IMG/VR virus record: IMGVR_UViG_3300009852_000007
Location: 1 to 40,423 of that record
DNA: 40,423 bases
Direction: 5' to 3' (one strand)
DNA from: a virus
Taxonomy: Duplodnaviria > Caudoviricetes
The position numbers were made by a program, and so were the translations under genes. The notes under the pieces were generated by a model. That model did no database searches. It worked only from the letters and a program-made list of their open reading frames with translations, and was not told where the DNA came from. Below are positions 10,077 through 18,588 of the stretch, one piece after another; within the stretch, counting starts at the first letter, position 1; every line of letters begins with the position of its first letter.

Positions 10077-10357
10077 AGATGTATCTGAGTGCGGAGGTCT
10101 ATAAGATCCCGCACTCAGAATTTCTCTCTTGGGATGAAGGGGATCGTAGAAAAGCTATCGCTTGGGAGATTCGTAAGCGTCAAACCTGCTCACTCTGCGG
10201 AACTCGCAATGAGGAGTGGATGGCAGGTGAACGTCCTTATGCCCCTCGCACTCATGAATGCATTGGTTGCCGGGAACTAGAAAAGGCCAATAAGTCTATC
10301 CCAGACAAGGTTAGGGCATGGACTAGAGCGGTTCTTGTGAGGGTTAATCGTGGCTAG
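10049..10357 (+). CDS. Tail assembly chaperone frameshift extension (gpT-like)
   Basis: Reached by -1 shift; 'IPHSEFLSW', CxxC...CxxC; ends at tape-measure start. Confidence 0.7.
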   Translation, partial: RFDDPTFEIEMYLSAEVYKIPHSEFLSWDEGDRRKAIAWEIRKRQTCSLCGTRNEEWMAGERPYAPRTHECIGCRELEKANKSIPDKVRAWTRAVLVRVNRG

Positions 10358-12122
10358 CGCAAATCGTAATGTCAGCATTGACATTACCGGCGACACTAGA
10401 GATTTAGAGCAGTCTTACGATCGTGTAGCGCGTAAGTCGGAACAGCTCGCTAACGACGTAGATAAGAACAATAAGAAGATGGGCAGCAGTTTCAGTGACG
10501 CTGCTAAAACTGCTACTTCTAGTTTCGATGACTTTTCCGGAACTGTTACTACGTTCGGCAAGACTGGTCCTATTGCTATCGGCGCGGTCGCTGCCGCCAT
10601 CGCTGCTCTTCCCACGATTATCAATCTTGCGGCGGGTGCTGTAACCCTGGGTTTTGGTGCGGCCTTAGCTGGCATAGGTATTGCGGCTGCTTCTCAGAGC
10701 GCTGTTGTTCGGCAAGAGTTTAAAGACCTATGGGATGGCATCAAGTCGGATCTCTACGACATCTCTGGTCCTATTGAGAAAGCTCTTCTCAATATTCGCG
10801 GATATGCCGAAAGAGCTTTTGAAAACTTCCTGCCTTCTTTGGAGGAAGGCTTCAAGATTATCGGCCCCGCTATTGATAAGTTCGGTGCCGACTTTTCGCG
10901 GGCTCTCTTAGAATTAGAGCCAGCTATTAAGCCGCTTTCGAACGCCTTTGCTGCGCTTCTGAGCGCCATCGGTGAGCGCGCGCCCAATATGTTCCGGAAT
11001 CTTGGTGCGTCCATCGAAAATCTAGCATCGATTGCTGAACGGAATGCTGACGACATTGCTGGGTTCATTGATGGTGTTTTTAGCGCGCTTGAGTGGACCA
11101 CAGCAAGAATGGATGACCTTTCGAGTCTGTGGGATGAAGCTCTAGCCAAGTGGGAAGACGGCTGGAACAGCTTTATTGACAGCTTGAATGGTGGCAATAA
11201 CCCAGCGATTGATGCTTACAAAATCAACATCAGCGACACCACGGATCGATGGAACGCGATGGCGGAGCAGCTTAAGCGAACGGCTGAAGCTGCACGTGAA
11301 GCGCAAGACCCACTGAAGCAACTGAAGCTTGATGTTGATGTTCTGAAAGATGCTATTGACGAACTCAACGGTGTGCATATCGCTTCCGACCGTGCAATGC
11401 TTCAATGGCAACAGACGTTGTGGAGGGCCGTTGAAGCAACCGAGAAGAGCAGCGCTGGTCTGAAGTACAACACCAAAGAGGGCCGCGATAACTGGCAAGC
11501 AGTTCTCGATATGGCGGATGCCGGTAACCGCCTGATTGAGTCGAAGGCCGAAGAAGGCGCGACAGTTAAGGAATTGGCTGTCACCTACAGCCAACTTCAG
11601 ACTGACCTCATGAACGTCATCAAGAACATGGGGGAGAGCGGCGATAAGGCTCGGGAACTTGCTAAGCGCTATCTGGAGATTCCAGACGAGATCCGTACGC
11701 GAGTTGGTCTGGAGACTCTTGAAGCGCAGCGGAAGTTCGATGAATACATCACTTTGAACTCCGGTCGCCAGATTCCGGTGTATCTCATTCAGAAGCAGGA
11801 GATGCCAGCTAAGGACGGTGGCTACTTCGGCTACGCTTCCGGTGGCCCTGTAAAGGGTCCTGGAGGTTCACGGACTGACAGCATTCCAGCCCGCATTAGT
11901 AGGGGAGAGTACGTAGTTAATGCTGCTGCGACTCGTCGCAATCTCCCCCTACTTGAGGCTATCAATAGCGGCAAGGGGGTGGGAGGCATGGGAACCACGA
12001 TCATCTACCAGATCAACACTTCTGTGGCTCCTACTGCGAACTTGTCTGCTATTGGTCAAGAGATTGTCGAGAGCATTCAGGCGTTTGAGAGTCGCAGCGG
12101 TAAGACATGGAGGATGAACTAA
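10350..12122 (+). CDS. Tape measure protein (590 aa)
   Basis: Ala-rich helical protein with hydrophobic segment and C-terminal 'ASGGPVKGPGGSRTDSIPARISRGEYVVNA' motif. Confidence 0.88.
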   Translation: MASANRNVSIDITGDTRDLEQSYDRVARKSEQLANDVDKNNKKMGSSFSDAAKTATSSFDDFSGTVTTFGKTGPIAIGAVAAAIAALPTIINLAAGAVTLGFGAALAGIGIAAASQSAVVRQEFKDLWDGIKSDLYDISGPIEKALLNIRGYAERAFENFLPSLEEGFKIIGPAIDKFGADFSRALLELEPAIKPLSNAFAALLSAIGERAPNMFRNLGASIENLASIAERNADDIAGFIDGVFSALEWTTARMDDLSSLWDEALAKWEDGWNSFIDSLNGGNNPAIDAYKINISDTTDRWNAMAEQLKRTAEAAREAQDPLKQLKLDVDVLKDAIDELNGVHIASDRAMLQWQQTLWRAVEATEKSSAGLKYNTKEGRDNWQAVLDMADAGNRLIESKAEEGATVKELAVTYSQLQTDLMNVIKNMGESGDKARELAKRYLEIPDEIRTRVGLETLEAQRKFDEYITLNSGRQIPVYLIQKQEMPAKDGGYFGYASGGPVKGPGGSRTDSIPARISRGEYVVNAAATRRNLPLLEAINSGKGVGGMGTTIIYQINTSVAPTANLSAIGQEIVESIQAFESRSGKTWRMN

Positions 12123-13342
12123 TGTCTACCGCACCTGAAATCATCGGTGACATCGTTAAGGTTGAAATCCTCTTTGATGGTTCTAATTGGGTTGATGTCA
12201 CCGATGATGTTGTCGCCATTGAAACTCGTCGTGGTGCTAACAGAGTTCAACAGCCGGTTCTTCGTTACACTAACGGAAACGGTTCTATAACGCTGAACAA
12301 CCACCAACGGCAGTATGACCCGACGAATCTTGACGGGCCGTATGTAGATTCCAATGGAGAGACACAGGTTCTTCCGATGCGGCAGATTCGCATTAGAGGA
12401 ACCTATGATAATGAGACGCACGGAATTATGCGTGCTTTCATTGACTCCTGGAATCTCCAGTGGAACGGTCCCAACTGGTCTCAGGCGGTCGTACCGTTCA
12501 CGGACGGTTTCAAGGTTCTGGAGTCTTACGATCGCATCGCGGTTGAAGCGGTTGGTGAAGGAGAGGACTCAGGGGCGCGTATTGAGCGCATCCTGGACTC
12601 TGTGGACTGGCCGAACGATTTGAGAGACATCGCTACCGGCAACACGAATCTCCAGGCAACCACACTGACAGGGTCAGCGTTGACTGAGTGTTTCTTGGTA
12701 GCTGATAGCGAGATCGGAGAGTTCTATGTTGACGGGGACGGGAAGATGGTTTTCCGGAACCGTCACGCACTTCTTCAAGAGGAACGCTCGAACACAGTTC
12801 AGGCTATCTTCGGTGACTCTGGAAATGAACTGCGCTATGCTGACAATGGCCTGACCCTGAATTACGACCACGAGACGTTGGCTAACAGAGTTCAGGTTGC
12901 ACATACGGGTGGAACGCAACAGGTCGCTTATGACGAAGACAGTATTGCTAAGTACTTGACGCGAACCTTCAACCGTACGGACTTGTTACATCAGAATGAT
13001 GCTGAAAGTCTTGCGTACGCTCAATGGGTTCTATTCATTTCAAAACTTCCTGAGCTTCGTTTCGACATCATGCGCATCAATCCGCTCCGTGATCCTGAGA
13101 ATCTATTTCCTCAGGTTCTTGGTAGAGAAATTGGTGACCGTATCCAAATCAAGAGACGTCCGCCGGGTGGAGGAGACCCCATCGTGCGAGATGTCTTCAT
13201 TCGGGGAATCCAGCACAGTATTACCACCTCGCGTTGGACTACGACTTGGGTTCTCCAGTCAGCTACCAAGTACGGTAACTTCTTCGTTCTTGACAGTCCC
13301 ATTTTGGGGCTGCTGAACTCTGACATTGGTATTGGGTACTAA
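12122..13342 (+). CDS. Minor tail / baseplate hub protein
   Basis: 'WVDVTDDV..IETRRG', 'FYVDGDGKMVFRNR', 'IGDRIQI'; follows TMP. Confidence 0.75.
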   Translation: MSTAPEIIGDIVKVEILFDGSNWVDVTDDVVAIETRRGANRVQQPVLRYTNGNGSITLNNHQRQYDPTNLDGPYVDSNGETQVLPMRQIRIRGTYDNETHGIMRAFIDSWNLQWNGPNWSQAVVPFTDGFKVLESYDRIAVEAVGEGEDSGARIERILDSVDWPNDLRDIATGNTNLQATTLTGSALTECFLVADSEIGEFYVDGDGKMVFRNRHALLQEERSNTVQAIFGDSGNELRYADNGLTLNYDHETLANRVQVAHTGGTQQVAYDEDSIAKYLTRTFNRTDLLHQNDAESLAYAQWVLFISKLPELRFDIMRINPLRDPENLFPQVLGREIGDRIQIKRRPPGGGDPIVRDVFIRGIQHSITTSRWTTTWVLQSATKYGNFFVLDSPILGLLNSDIGIGY

Positions 13343-13779
13343 TGGCTTCTGTTCGTTGCAAGCTTTTGTATGCAGGTGACGTTTTCCCCTCACCTACTCG
13401 TATTGTCACGTGGCATGGTTACTTGGAGTTCATTAGTCAATACTACCCACGTGGTGTTCCTAAGCCGACTGGTCACAACCCAGAGAAGAAGGCTCTTGCC
13501 CGGGTTGATGAAGCCCGCTGGGTTGCGGATTGCCCCTGGGGCTGTGGAGCAGCGTTCAACCTCCCGGAGAACGCTCAAGAGTTCTGGTGCACAGAGTGTA
13601 TTGGTGGGGGCTTTGGTCTGACAGCCGCTTTGGTCTGGCCTGAGAACAGGGAGGCTTTGAAGGTGAACCTGGAGTCACTTCCAGCACAGTTGGCGTATTG
13701 GCCATGTCTTCCTTGTCAGCCAAAGGCTCTTGAAAGATTGCCATTATGTGTTGGCTGTTCAACTATGCTTCGGGGGTAG
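13342..13779 (+). CDS. Cys-rich hypothetical protein in tail module
   Basis: CPWGC, CTEC, CLPC, CVGC; TAATG coupling. Confidence 0.6.
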   Translation: MASVRCKLLYAGDVFPSPTRIVTWHGYLEFISQYYPRGVPKPTGHNPEKKALARVDEARWVADCPWGCGAAFNLPENAQEFWCTECIGGGFGLTAALVWPENREALKVNLESLPAQLAYWPCLPCQPKALERLPLCVGCSTMLRG

Positions 13780-14328
13780 ATGGCAATGGCCACGGTTCCT
13801 AGCCCTAAGACTTGGACGGTAGGAGAACTTCTCACTGCTGCCAAGATGAATCAGGAAGTCCGAGATCCTTTGAACTTCCTGTTGAGCACTAAGCCGATTT
13901 GTATATTGAAACGAACTGCGACGCAGAGCGTCAGTTATGGTGCAGCAGTTCAGTATGACACTGAAATTGTTGATCGCGATAACGGACATAGTACTTCAAG
14001 CAATTCGCATCGTTACAATGTCGGCACTGCCGGACTGTACAACATGACAGCCTATGTTCAATTTACTGACGCTTTCAGTGCAGGTGAGTCAAGGCAGCTT
14101 TCGTTTACGCATAACAACTCAAACGATGTTTCCGTAACATCCATTTATCAGGTTAATAATAGTCCGCCTAACTCTTTTGGCATGAACACGACAGTCAGCA
14201 TTTCCTTAATGTTGAACTGTGCGGTCGATGACTGGATGTATACAGCGGTTGCTTTTGATCCTTCGGGAGGTTCTAAGACTATCGGTGTAGCATTCTTCTG
14301 TCTGGAATGGATTGGCACTAATTCGTGA
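13780..14328 (+). CDS. Minor tail / receptor-binding-like protein
   Basis: 'PKTWTVGELLTAAKMNQEVRD' N-terminus typical of actinophage tail fibres; beta-sandwich-like C-terminus. Confidence 0.7.
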   Translation: MAMATVPSPKTWTVGELLTAAKMNQEVRDPLNFLLSTKPICILKRTATQSVSYGAAVQYDTEIVDRDNGHSTSSNSHRYNVGTAGLYNMTAYVQFTDAFSAGESRQLSFTHNNSNDVSVTSIYQVNNSPPNSFGMNTTVSISLMLNCAVDDWMYTAVAFDPSGGSKTIGVAFFCLEWIGTNS

Positions 14329-14594
14329 TCACCCTCAAAGATGTGGGTGACTTCCTTATCTACATTGGTGCTGTTGCTGCTGCTCTCGCTGCTATTGGCG
14401 TCTTCCTCAGGTTTGTCATCCTTAGGCCGTTAGTGAACTACCTGAAAGAACATCTTCAGGTTCCCCTTAATAAGGTTCACGATGAAGTGAACCCAAACAG
14501 CGGTAAATCCATGAAGGATCAACTAAACCGCATTGACTCCAAGTTATCCCTCTATATGGAGAAGTTCGATGAACACCTTAAAAATCATCCGTGA
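14325..14594 (+). CDS. Membrane protein (holin-like)
   Basis: N-terminal TM helix plus 'PNSGKSMKDQLNRID' motif of actinophage lysis-cassette membrane proteins. Confidence 0.6.
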   Translation: MITLKDVGDFLIYIGAVAAALAAIGVFLRFVILRPLVNYLKEHLQVPLNKVHDEVNPNSGKSMKDQLNRIDSKLSLYMEKFDEHLKNHP

Positions 14595-14598
14595 CTTA

Positions 14599-14676
14599 AT
14601 GTGGCGCTGCGCGTGCGGCACTAACAACGAGAACTTCCGTATGCGGTGCCGGAACTGCAACACTCCCAGGGACTAA
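14599..14676 (+). CDS. 25-aa RanBP2-like zinc-finger microprotein
   Basis: MWRCACGTNNENFRMRCRNCNTPRD; fills the gap between neighbours; not in ORF track. Confidence 0.55.
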   Translation: MWRCACGTNNENFRMRCRNCNTPRD

Positions 14677-14677
14677 T

Positions 14678-15613
14678 ATGGACCTGATTACCCGAGGAAA
14701 GTGGGGTGCCAGGAATCCGACCGGAAGTTATGGTTGGATGCCTCCCACCCCCAAGGGCGTGAAGGTTCACTACACAGGCGGGTACGTAGACCCAAGGCTA
14801 CTTAGTGACCACGACCGCTGCATCTCTGCTGTGCAGGGAATCCAGCGGGGGCACATGAATGGCAACGGCTGGATTGATATTGGCTACAGTTTCGTTGTGT
14901 GCCCTCACAGAAAGGTTTTCGAGGGCAGGGGACTTGGCCACTTACCGGCTGCTAATGGCGCTGGTTTGAACTCCGGGCACTATGCGGTTCTTGGCCTTGT
15001 TGGCAACTCCGGCCTGACTGAACCTAACCAGGGAATGATTGCCGGTATTCGAGACGCCATCGCCTATATTCGTAAGCACGGCGGAGCTGGCAAAGAAATT
15101 AAGGGTCACCGTGATGGTTACTCAACTGACTGCCCCGGCGGACCTCTCTACCGTTTAGTTTGCAACGGAACTTTCGAGCCGACGAATCAGGATGATGATA
15201 TGCCTAGCTATCTGAGTCTTGGAGGGAAGGACATTGAACTTCCTTCTGAGAAGTGGACGACTCTTCAGTTCGAGGAAGAGTTTGCCGACCCTGACCACAT
15301 GCACGCTGACGGCCGGTACCCGTCGTTCCTCACTGGCAAGTGCCGGTTCGTGGCGACTGTGGTAGCTAAGATCTCTGGTCTCCCTGCGGGGGTGGAAGGC
15401 CAGATCCGACTCTACGAGGTAGACCAGGACAACGAGCGCCAAAAGGTGTATCCCATTCAAGAGTGGGTTGCCAGCGCCGGGAACACCTTCGTCCATCACT
15501 GCTCTGTCGGCACCGTGGAGAACGGTCAGAAGCTTCGAGCTGAGCTTGTGCAGTTCGGGGGAGGGGTTGCCACCATCGAATCTTGCGCTGTGAAGGTCCT
15601 GTACTGGCACTGA
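14678..15613 (+). CDS. Endolysin, PGRP/Amidase_2 N-acetylmuramoyl-L-alanine amidase
   Basis: 'ITRGKWGAR', 'VHYTG', 'GWIDIGYSF', 'FEGRG', 'GHRD..STDCPG'. Confidence 0.92.
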   Translation: MDLITRGKWGARNPTGSYGWMPPTPKGVKVHYTGGYVDPRLLSDHDRCISAVQGIQRGHMNGNGWIDIGYSFVVCPHRKVFEGRGLGHLPAANGAGLNSGHYAVLGLVGNSGLTEPNQGMIAGIRDAIAYIRKHGGAGKEIKGHRDGYSTDCPGGPLYRLVCNGTFEPTNQDDDMPSYLSLGGKDIELPSEKWTTLQFEEEFADPDHMHADGRYPSFLTGKCRFVATVVAKISGLPAGVEGQIRLYEVDQDNERQKVYPIQEWVASAGNTFVHHCSVGTVENGQKLRAELVQFGGGVATIESCAVKVLYWH

Positions 15614-15694
15614 AAGGTGCATATAGGACAAACCGGAAAAAGGGGACGCGCTGAGATGGACGGAGACGGCCGAACAGCACCGACCTAGGGTGAT

Positions 15695-15745
15695 GGTACC
15701 GGGGAGGGGGTTCAGGCGCTCAGAAGCCAGCTCAGGGCCGTACAG
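15695..15745. repeat. ~50-bp dispersed repeat, copy 1 (inverted copy at 34239-34289)
   Basis: CTCAGGGCCGTACAG (15731-15745) is the exact reverse complement of 34239-34253; similarity extends to GGTAC. Confidence 0.75.
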
Positions 15746-15761
15746 CTAGGAAAAAAACAAT

Positions 15762-15953
15762 ATGCAGCTTAAAGACTACCGTAAAGCTATCGTGGCAGTT
15801 GGAACCGTGTTAGTTGGTGCTCTGCACACTGCTTTAAGCGATGGAACTCTGACTCTTGGTCTTCCGGCCGAGTGGGTCAACGTAATCATCGCTGCTGTAG
15901 GTGCTGTCTTAGTTTGGCTTGTGAGGAATGGCGACAAGCCCGAAGAAGAGTAG
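15762..15953 (+). CDS. Holin
   Basis: 63 aa, two TM helices, 'YRKAIVA', 'VWLVRN', acidic tail; after endolysin. Confidence 0.75.
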   Translation: MQLKDYRKAIVAVGTVLVGALHTALSDGTLTLGLPAEWVNVIIAAVGAVLVWLVRNGDKPEEE

Positions 15954-15957
15954 GCAC

Positions 15958-15995
15958 AAAAAAGCCCCGGACTGAATTCTCAGTCCGGGGCTTTT
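15958..15995. terminator. Bidirectional intrinsic terminator
   Basis: AAAAAGCCCCGGACTGA-ATTC-TCAGTCCGGGGCTTTT between convergent units. Confidence 0.88.
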
Positions 15996-16236
15996 AAGTT
16001 CTAACAGCAAGAAACCCCCGCGCTACCACTCTCCCCTGACCAGTGGCTTGAGTGGGAAGCAGCGCGGGGGTTCCTCTCACAGAGCCCCCTATGACCCTGT
16101 GCCTTCACCCCTCCGGTGAAGTCTTCCTCATGGCAGTAGCCCATATTCAGTTGTAGAAGGGGGTTCCCCTAGCGCATACGGGAGAGTTCGGGGAACCCCC
16201 TCTTGATGGGGGTGGACGGCGCTCGACTTTCCCCCA

Positions 16237-16443
16237 TCAAGACTTGATGTGCGGTGCGCAGATGTAAGTCGTCTCTCCCATGGGACCAACAATATGTGTC
16301 GGCACTTTGCTTATATGTGTGTACCCGCCGAACATTCGAGGAACATCCCACTTGGCATTACATATAAGGCATCGGTCGCCACAAAGTTGGCTAGAGTTCA
16401 ACTTCTCAGTTTCTACCTTTAAGCCGTGTACCAACTCATTCAT
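16237..16443 (-). CDS. Small Cys/His hypothetical protein divergent from GntR
   Basis: MNELVHG...CLIC...ICAPH with purine-rich RBS. Confidence 0.55.
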   Translation of the reverse strand: MNELVHGLKVETEKLNSSQLCGDRCLICNAKWDVPRMFGGYTHISKVPTHIVGPMGETTYICAPHIKS

Positions 16444-16578
16444 TCTCCCTTTGCCTCTCCCGGTGCGGTGCCCTTTTAGAGTAGTGCTACCTAGGTGCAC
16501 CTGTCTACCCTTCCCTATTACTACCAGCCGGTAGAGTCCAAGACGTACCCTCACCAGGGGTTTTCTAGGCTTAGGGGT

Positions 16579-16827
16579 ATGTGGGAGTTCGATCCGACAC
16601 AGCCCAAAAGCCAACAAATAGCGGCAGAACTGGAAAAACGCATACGAAACGGGCAGTACCCGCCAAAGCACCCATTGTACGAAATCCGGATGGTTCAGGA
16701 ATTCGGGGTAGCTCGGGATACTGCCCGTAAGGCATTCAATATTCTTAGAGAAAAGGGGTTAATCTTTACGGTTACTGGGATGGGTTCTTTTGTTGCTGAT
16801 CCCTCTCAGTGGATGGAGGAAACTTAA
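16579..16827 (+). CDS. GntR-family winged-helix regulator (DNA-binding domain only)
   Basis: 'QQIAAELEKRIRNGQYPP..L', 'EFGVARDTARKA..L..KGLI....GMGSFV'; TAGGCT -10 box 7 nt before ATG suggests a leaderless mRNA. Confidence 0.9.
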   Translation: MWEFDPTQPKSQQIAAELEKRIRNGQYPPKHPLYEIRMVQEFGVARDTARKAFNILREKGLIFTVTGMGSFVADPSQWMEET

Positions 16828-17371
16828 CGTCAACAATCTGACCATTGGCCTTTTTAACGACGCCAATGAGAGGGAGGTCAGGTCTTAAATTTTGCTCTCT
16901 GCGAATGATGATGTTAGCCCCGTGAGAGGTCTTCGCCTTGCGACGGGTGTAGACCTCTCCACTTGGGTAGTAGAGAAGAACGGTTAAGTCTGTAGTCTTC
17001 TTAACCGGCTTCTTCGACATTGGATGGTTATTCAAGAATCTCCAAACTGCCTGAGTAACACACAGCTTGTCTTCGCGAATGTACCGGCGAAGAAGCTTGC
17101 GTTCCGCTGGAGTACAACCGCCTTCCACCCCCCGGCTGGTGTACCTAAGCTCAATCTCCTGCTTGATGACTCGTAGCAGGCACTCAGGACGTACCGGGCA
17201 CTGTCGGCACCACTTATCAAGGATGGCTTCGTACTCCAGCGGTCTTGGTCGCGAAGCCTTAAGCCAGAAGTTCTCCGTCCCCGCTCTCAGGCACTTCGCT
17301 CTCTCCATCCACTGCGTATTTGACTGTGGACGGATCTCTATGCTGGCACGGGCAACCCTTGCATGCCACAT
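16772..17371 (-). CDS. whiB: WhiB-family transcription factor with C-terminal extension (start uncertain)
   Basis: W..RAKC...C..CPVR.ECL...GVEGG.T..ER pattern with four Cys. Confidence 0.8.
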   Translation of the reverse strand: MWHARVARASIEIRPQSNTQWMERAKCLRAGTENFWLKASRPRPLEYEAILDKWCRQCPVRPECLLRVIKQEIELRYTSRGVEGGCTPAERKLLRRYIREDKLCVTQAVWRFLNNHPMSKKPVKKTTDLTVLLYYPSGEVYTRRKAKTSHGANIIIRREQNLRPDLPLIGVVKKANGQIVDVKFPPSTERDQQQKNPSQ

Positions 17372-17402
17372 GGTTGTCAGTTACGCAATCCTTACAGATC
17401 AT
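17259..17402 (-). CDS. 47-aa Cys/His-rich hypothetical protein
   Basis: MICKDC..NH..CKGCPCQH with GAGGA RBS; overlaps whiB 5' end. Confidence 0.4.
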   Translation of the reverse strand: MICKDCVTDNHVACKGCPCQHRDPSTVKYAVDGESEVPESGDGELLA

Positions 17403-17913
17403 GATTCCTCTTTGCCGCAAACTCTGCCTCGAATGTAACTGAGACGTTCTTTCCATCCCAGCTTTCCTCAATGCCGAATGCAACAACGCGAGCAATGCCG
17501 AACATGTGAGTCGTGTAGAAACTCACGCGCTGTTCCTTGCTAATGCTCCGGTTGTAACGCGGGATCGTAAATCCCAACTGAGTGTGGCCCTGGCTGACAT
17601 CGTAGCGAAGACCGATGTTGAAATAGTTCGGCTCAATAGACTCCCTGCACAGCTTGCACAGGTAGATGCCGTAGTGAGAAACATCCTCACCGTGGTACTC
17701 CACAGAGATCTCTTCCCGTTCGAGGGTGGGAAGCGGATCCGTGCTGTTGAAATCGAAGGCGTGGAAGTGACCCTTTGAATCAATGTGGAACCACTGAGGG
17801 TCAGGCTCATAGTTGTAGGCGCATCCCTCAGTAAGGGTGCTCTGTTCCATCACAAACTCGTACTCAAACGGGCCGTGATTGTCGATATAGAGGTCTGCCG
17901 GATTAATCTGCAT
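17392..17913 (-). CDS. Hypothetical protein
   Basis: 173-aa ORF overlapping neighbours in operon. Confidence 0.6.
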   Translation of the reverse strand: MQINPADLYIDNHGPFEYEFVMEQSTLTEGCAYNYEPDPQWFHIDSKGHFHAFDFNSTDPLPTLEREEISVEYHGEDVSHYGIYLCKLCRESIEPNYFNIGLRYDVSQGHTQLGFTIPRYNRSISKEQRVSFYTTHMFGIARVVAFGIEESWDGKNVSVTFEAEFAAKRNHDL

Positions 17914-18322
17914 TGATGTTCTTCACTCCAGTCTTACGCAGCCAGTATTCACCCAAAGCTTCAGCGTCAGGTCCATGAGACTTGCTATGGTCAGACGGCG
18001 GACGCTTGCCGGACCACGCATAACCGATCTTTTTGTACTTTGGCTGAATGCCTTCGCACGGTACGTTGTAGATGGCGCAAAGGAACTCGATAATGCCAAT
18101 AACCTTTGCAGCCGGTACGTCCGAGCCAGAGAGGTTCACATTGTCGAAGACCCTGAAAGTCTCGTACAAGACTCTCTTATAAGTTCCAGTCTTCAGAGCA
18201 GCATCAAGAACCGCCCCGATCTCAACGATGCCTTCAATCTGGAAAACTTGAGTGCTCTTGCCATGCTCATCAAACCTAGCAATGCCGGTCGTCTGCCCGG
18301 GATCTAAAACCAAGTAGCTCAT
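17903..18322 (-). CDS. RuvC-like Holliday junction resolvase
   Basis: 'LVLDPGQTTGIA', 'YETF', 'H..DA' RNase H-fold catalytic motifs. Confidence 0.75.
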   Translation of the reverse strand: MSYLVLDPGQTTGIARFDEHGKSTQVFQIEGIVEIGAVLDAALKTGTYKRVLYETFRVFDNVNLSGSDVPAAKVIGIIEFLCAIYNVPCEGIQPKYKKIGYAWSGKRPPSDHSKSHGPDAEALGEYWLRKTGVKNINAD

Positions 18323-18588
18323 ATTTTTGTCTTCAGGTAGTAGTACTCGCCAACGTCGTATTCTTTGATGTAGTAACAGTCACGGTAGCTATTGTGCGGA
18401 TTGTCCAGCCACCCAAGTTCGTACGGAACAAGAACGTCAGGACCGAAGACAATAGGATCAGGAGACTTCGCAAAGAGTCCTTCCTGAATGGTCCCCCTCA
18501 GGGACTCACGAAGTTGTTCTCTATGCTTGTCCTGCTCTTCGGAGCGCCACTTAGAAAAGTCGTCTTCAAGATCTAAGTATATTGTCAT
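18319..18588 (-). CDS. Hypothetical protein
   Basis: ATGA-coupled to polymerase and resolvase. Confidence 0.6.
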   Translation of the reverse strand: MTIYLDLEDDFSKWRSEEQDKHREQLRESLRGTIQEGLFAKSPDPIVFGPDVLVPYELGWLDNPHNSYRDCYYIKEYDVGEYYYLKTKI

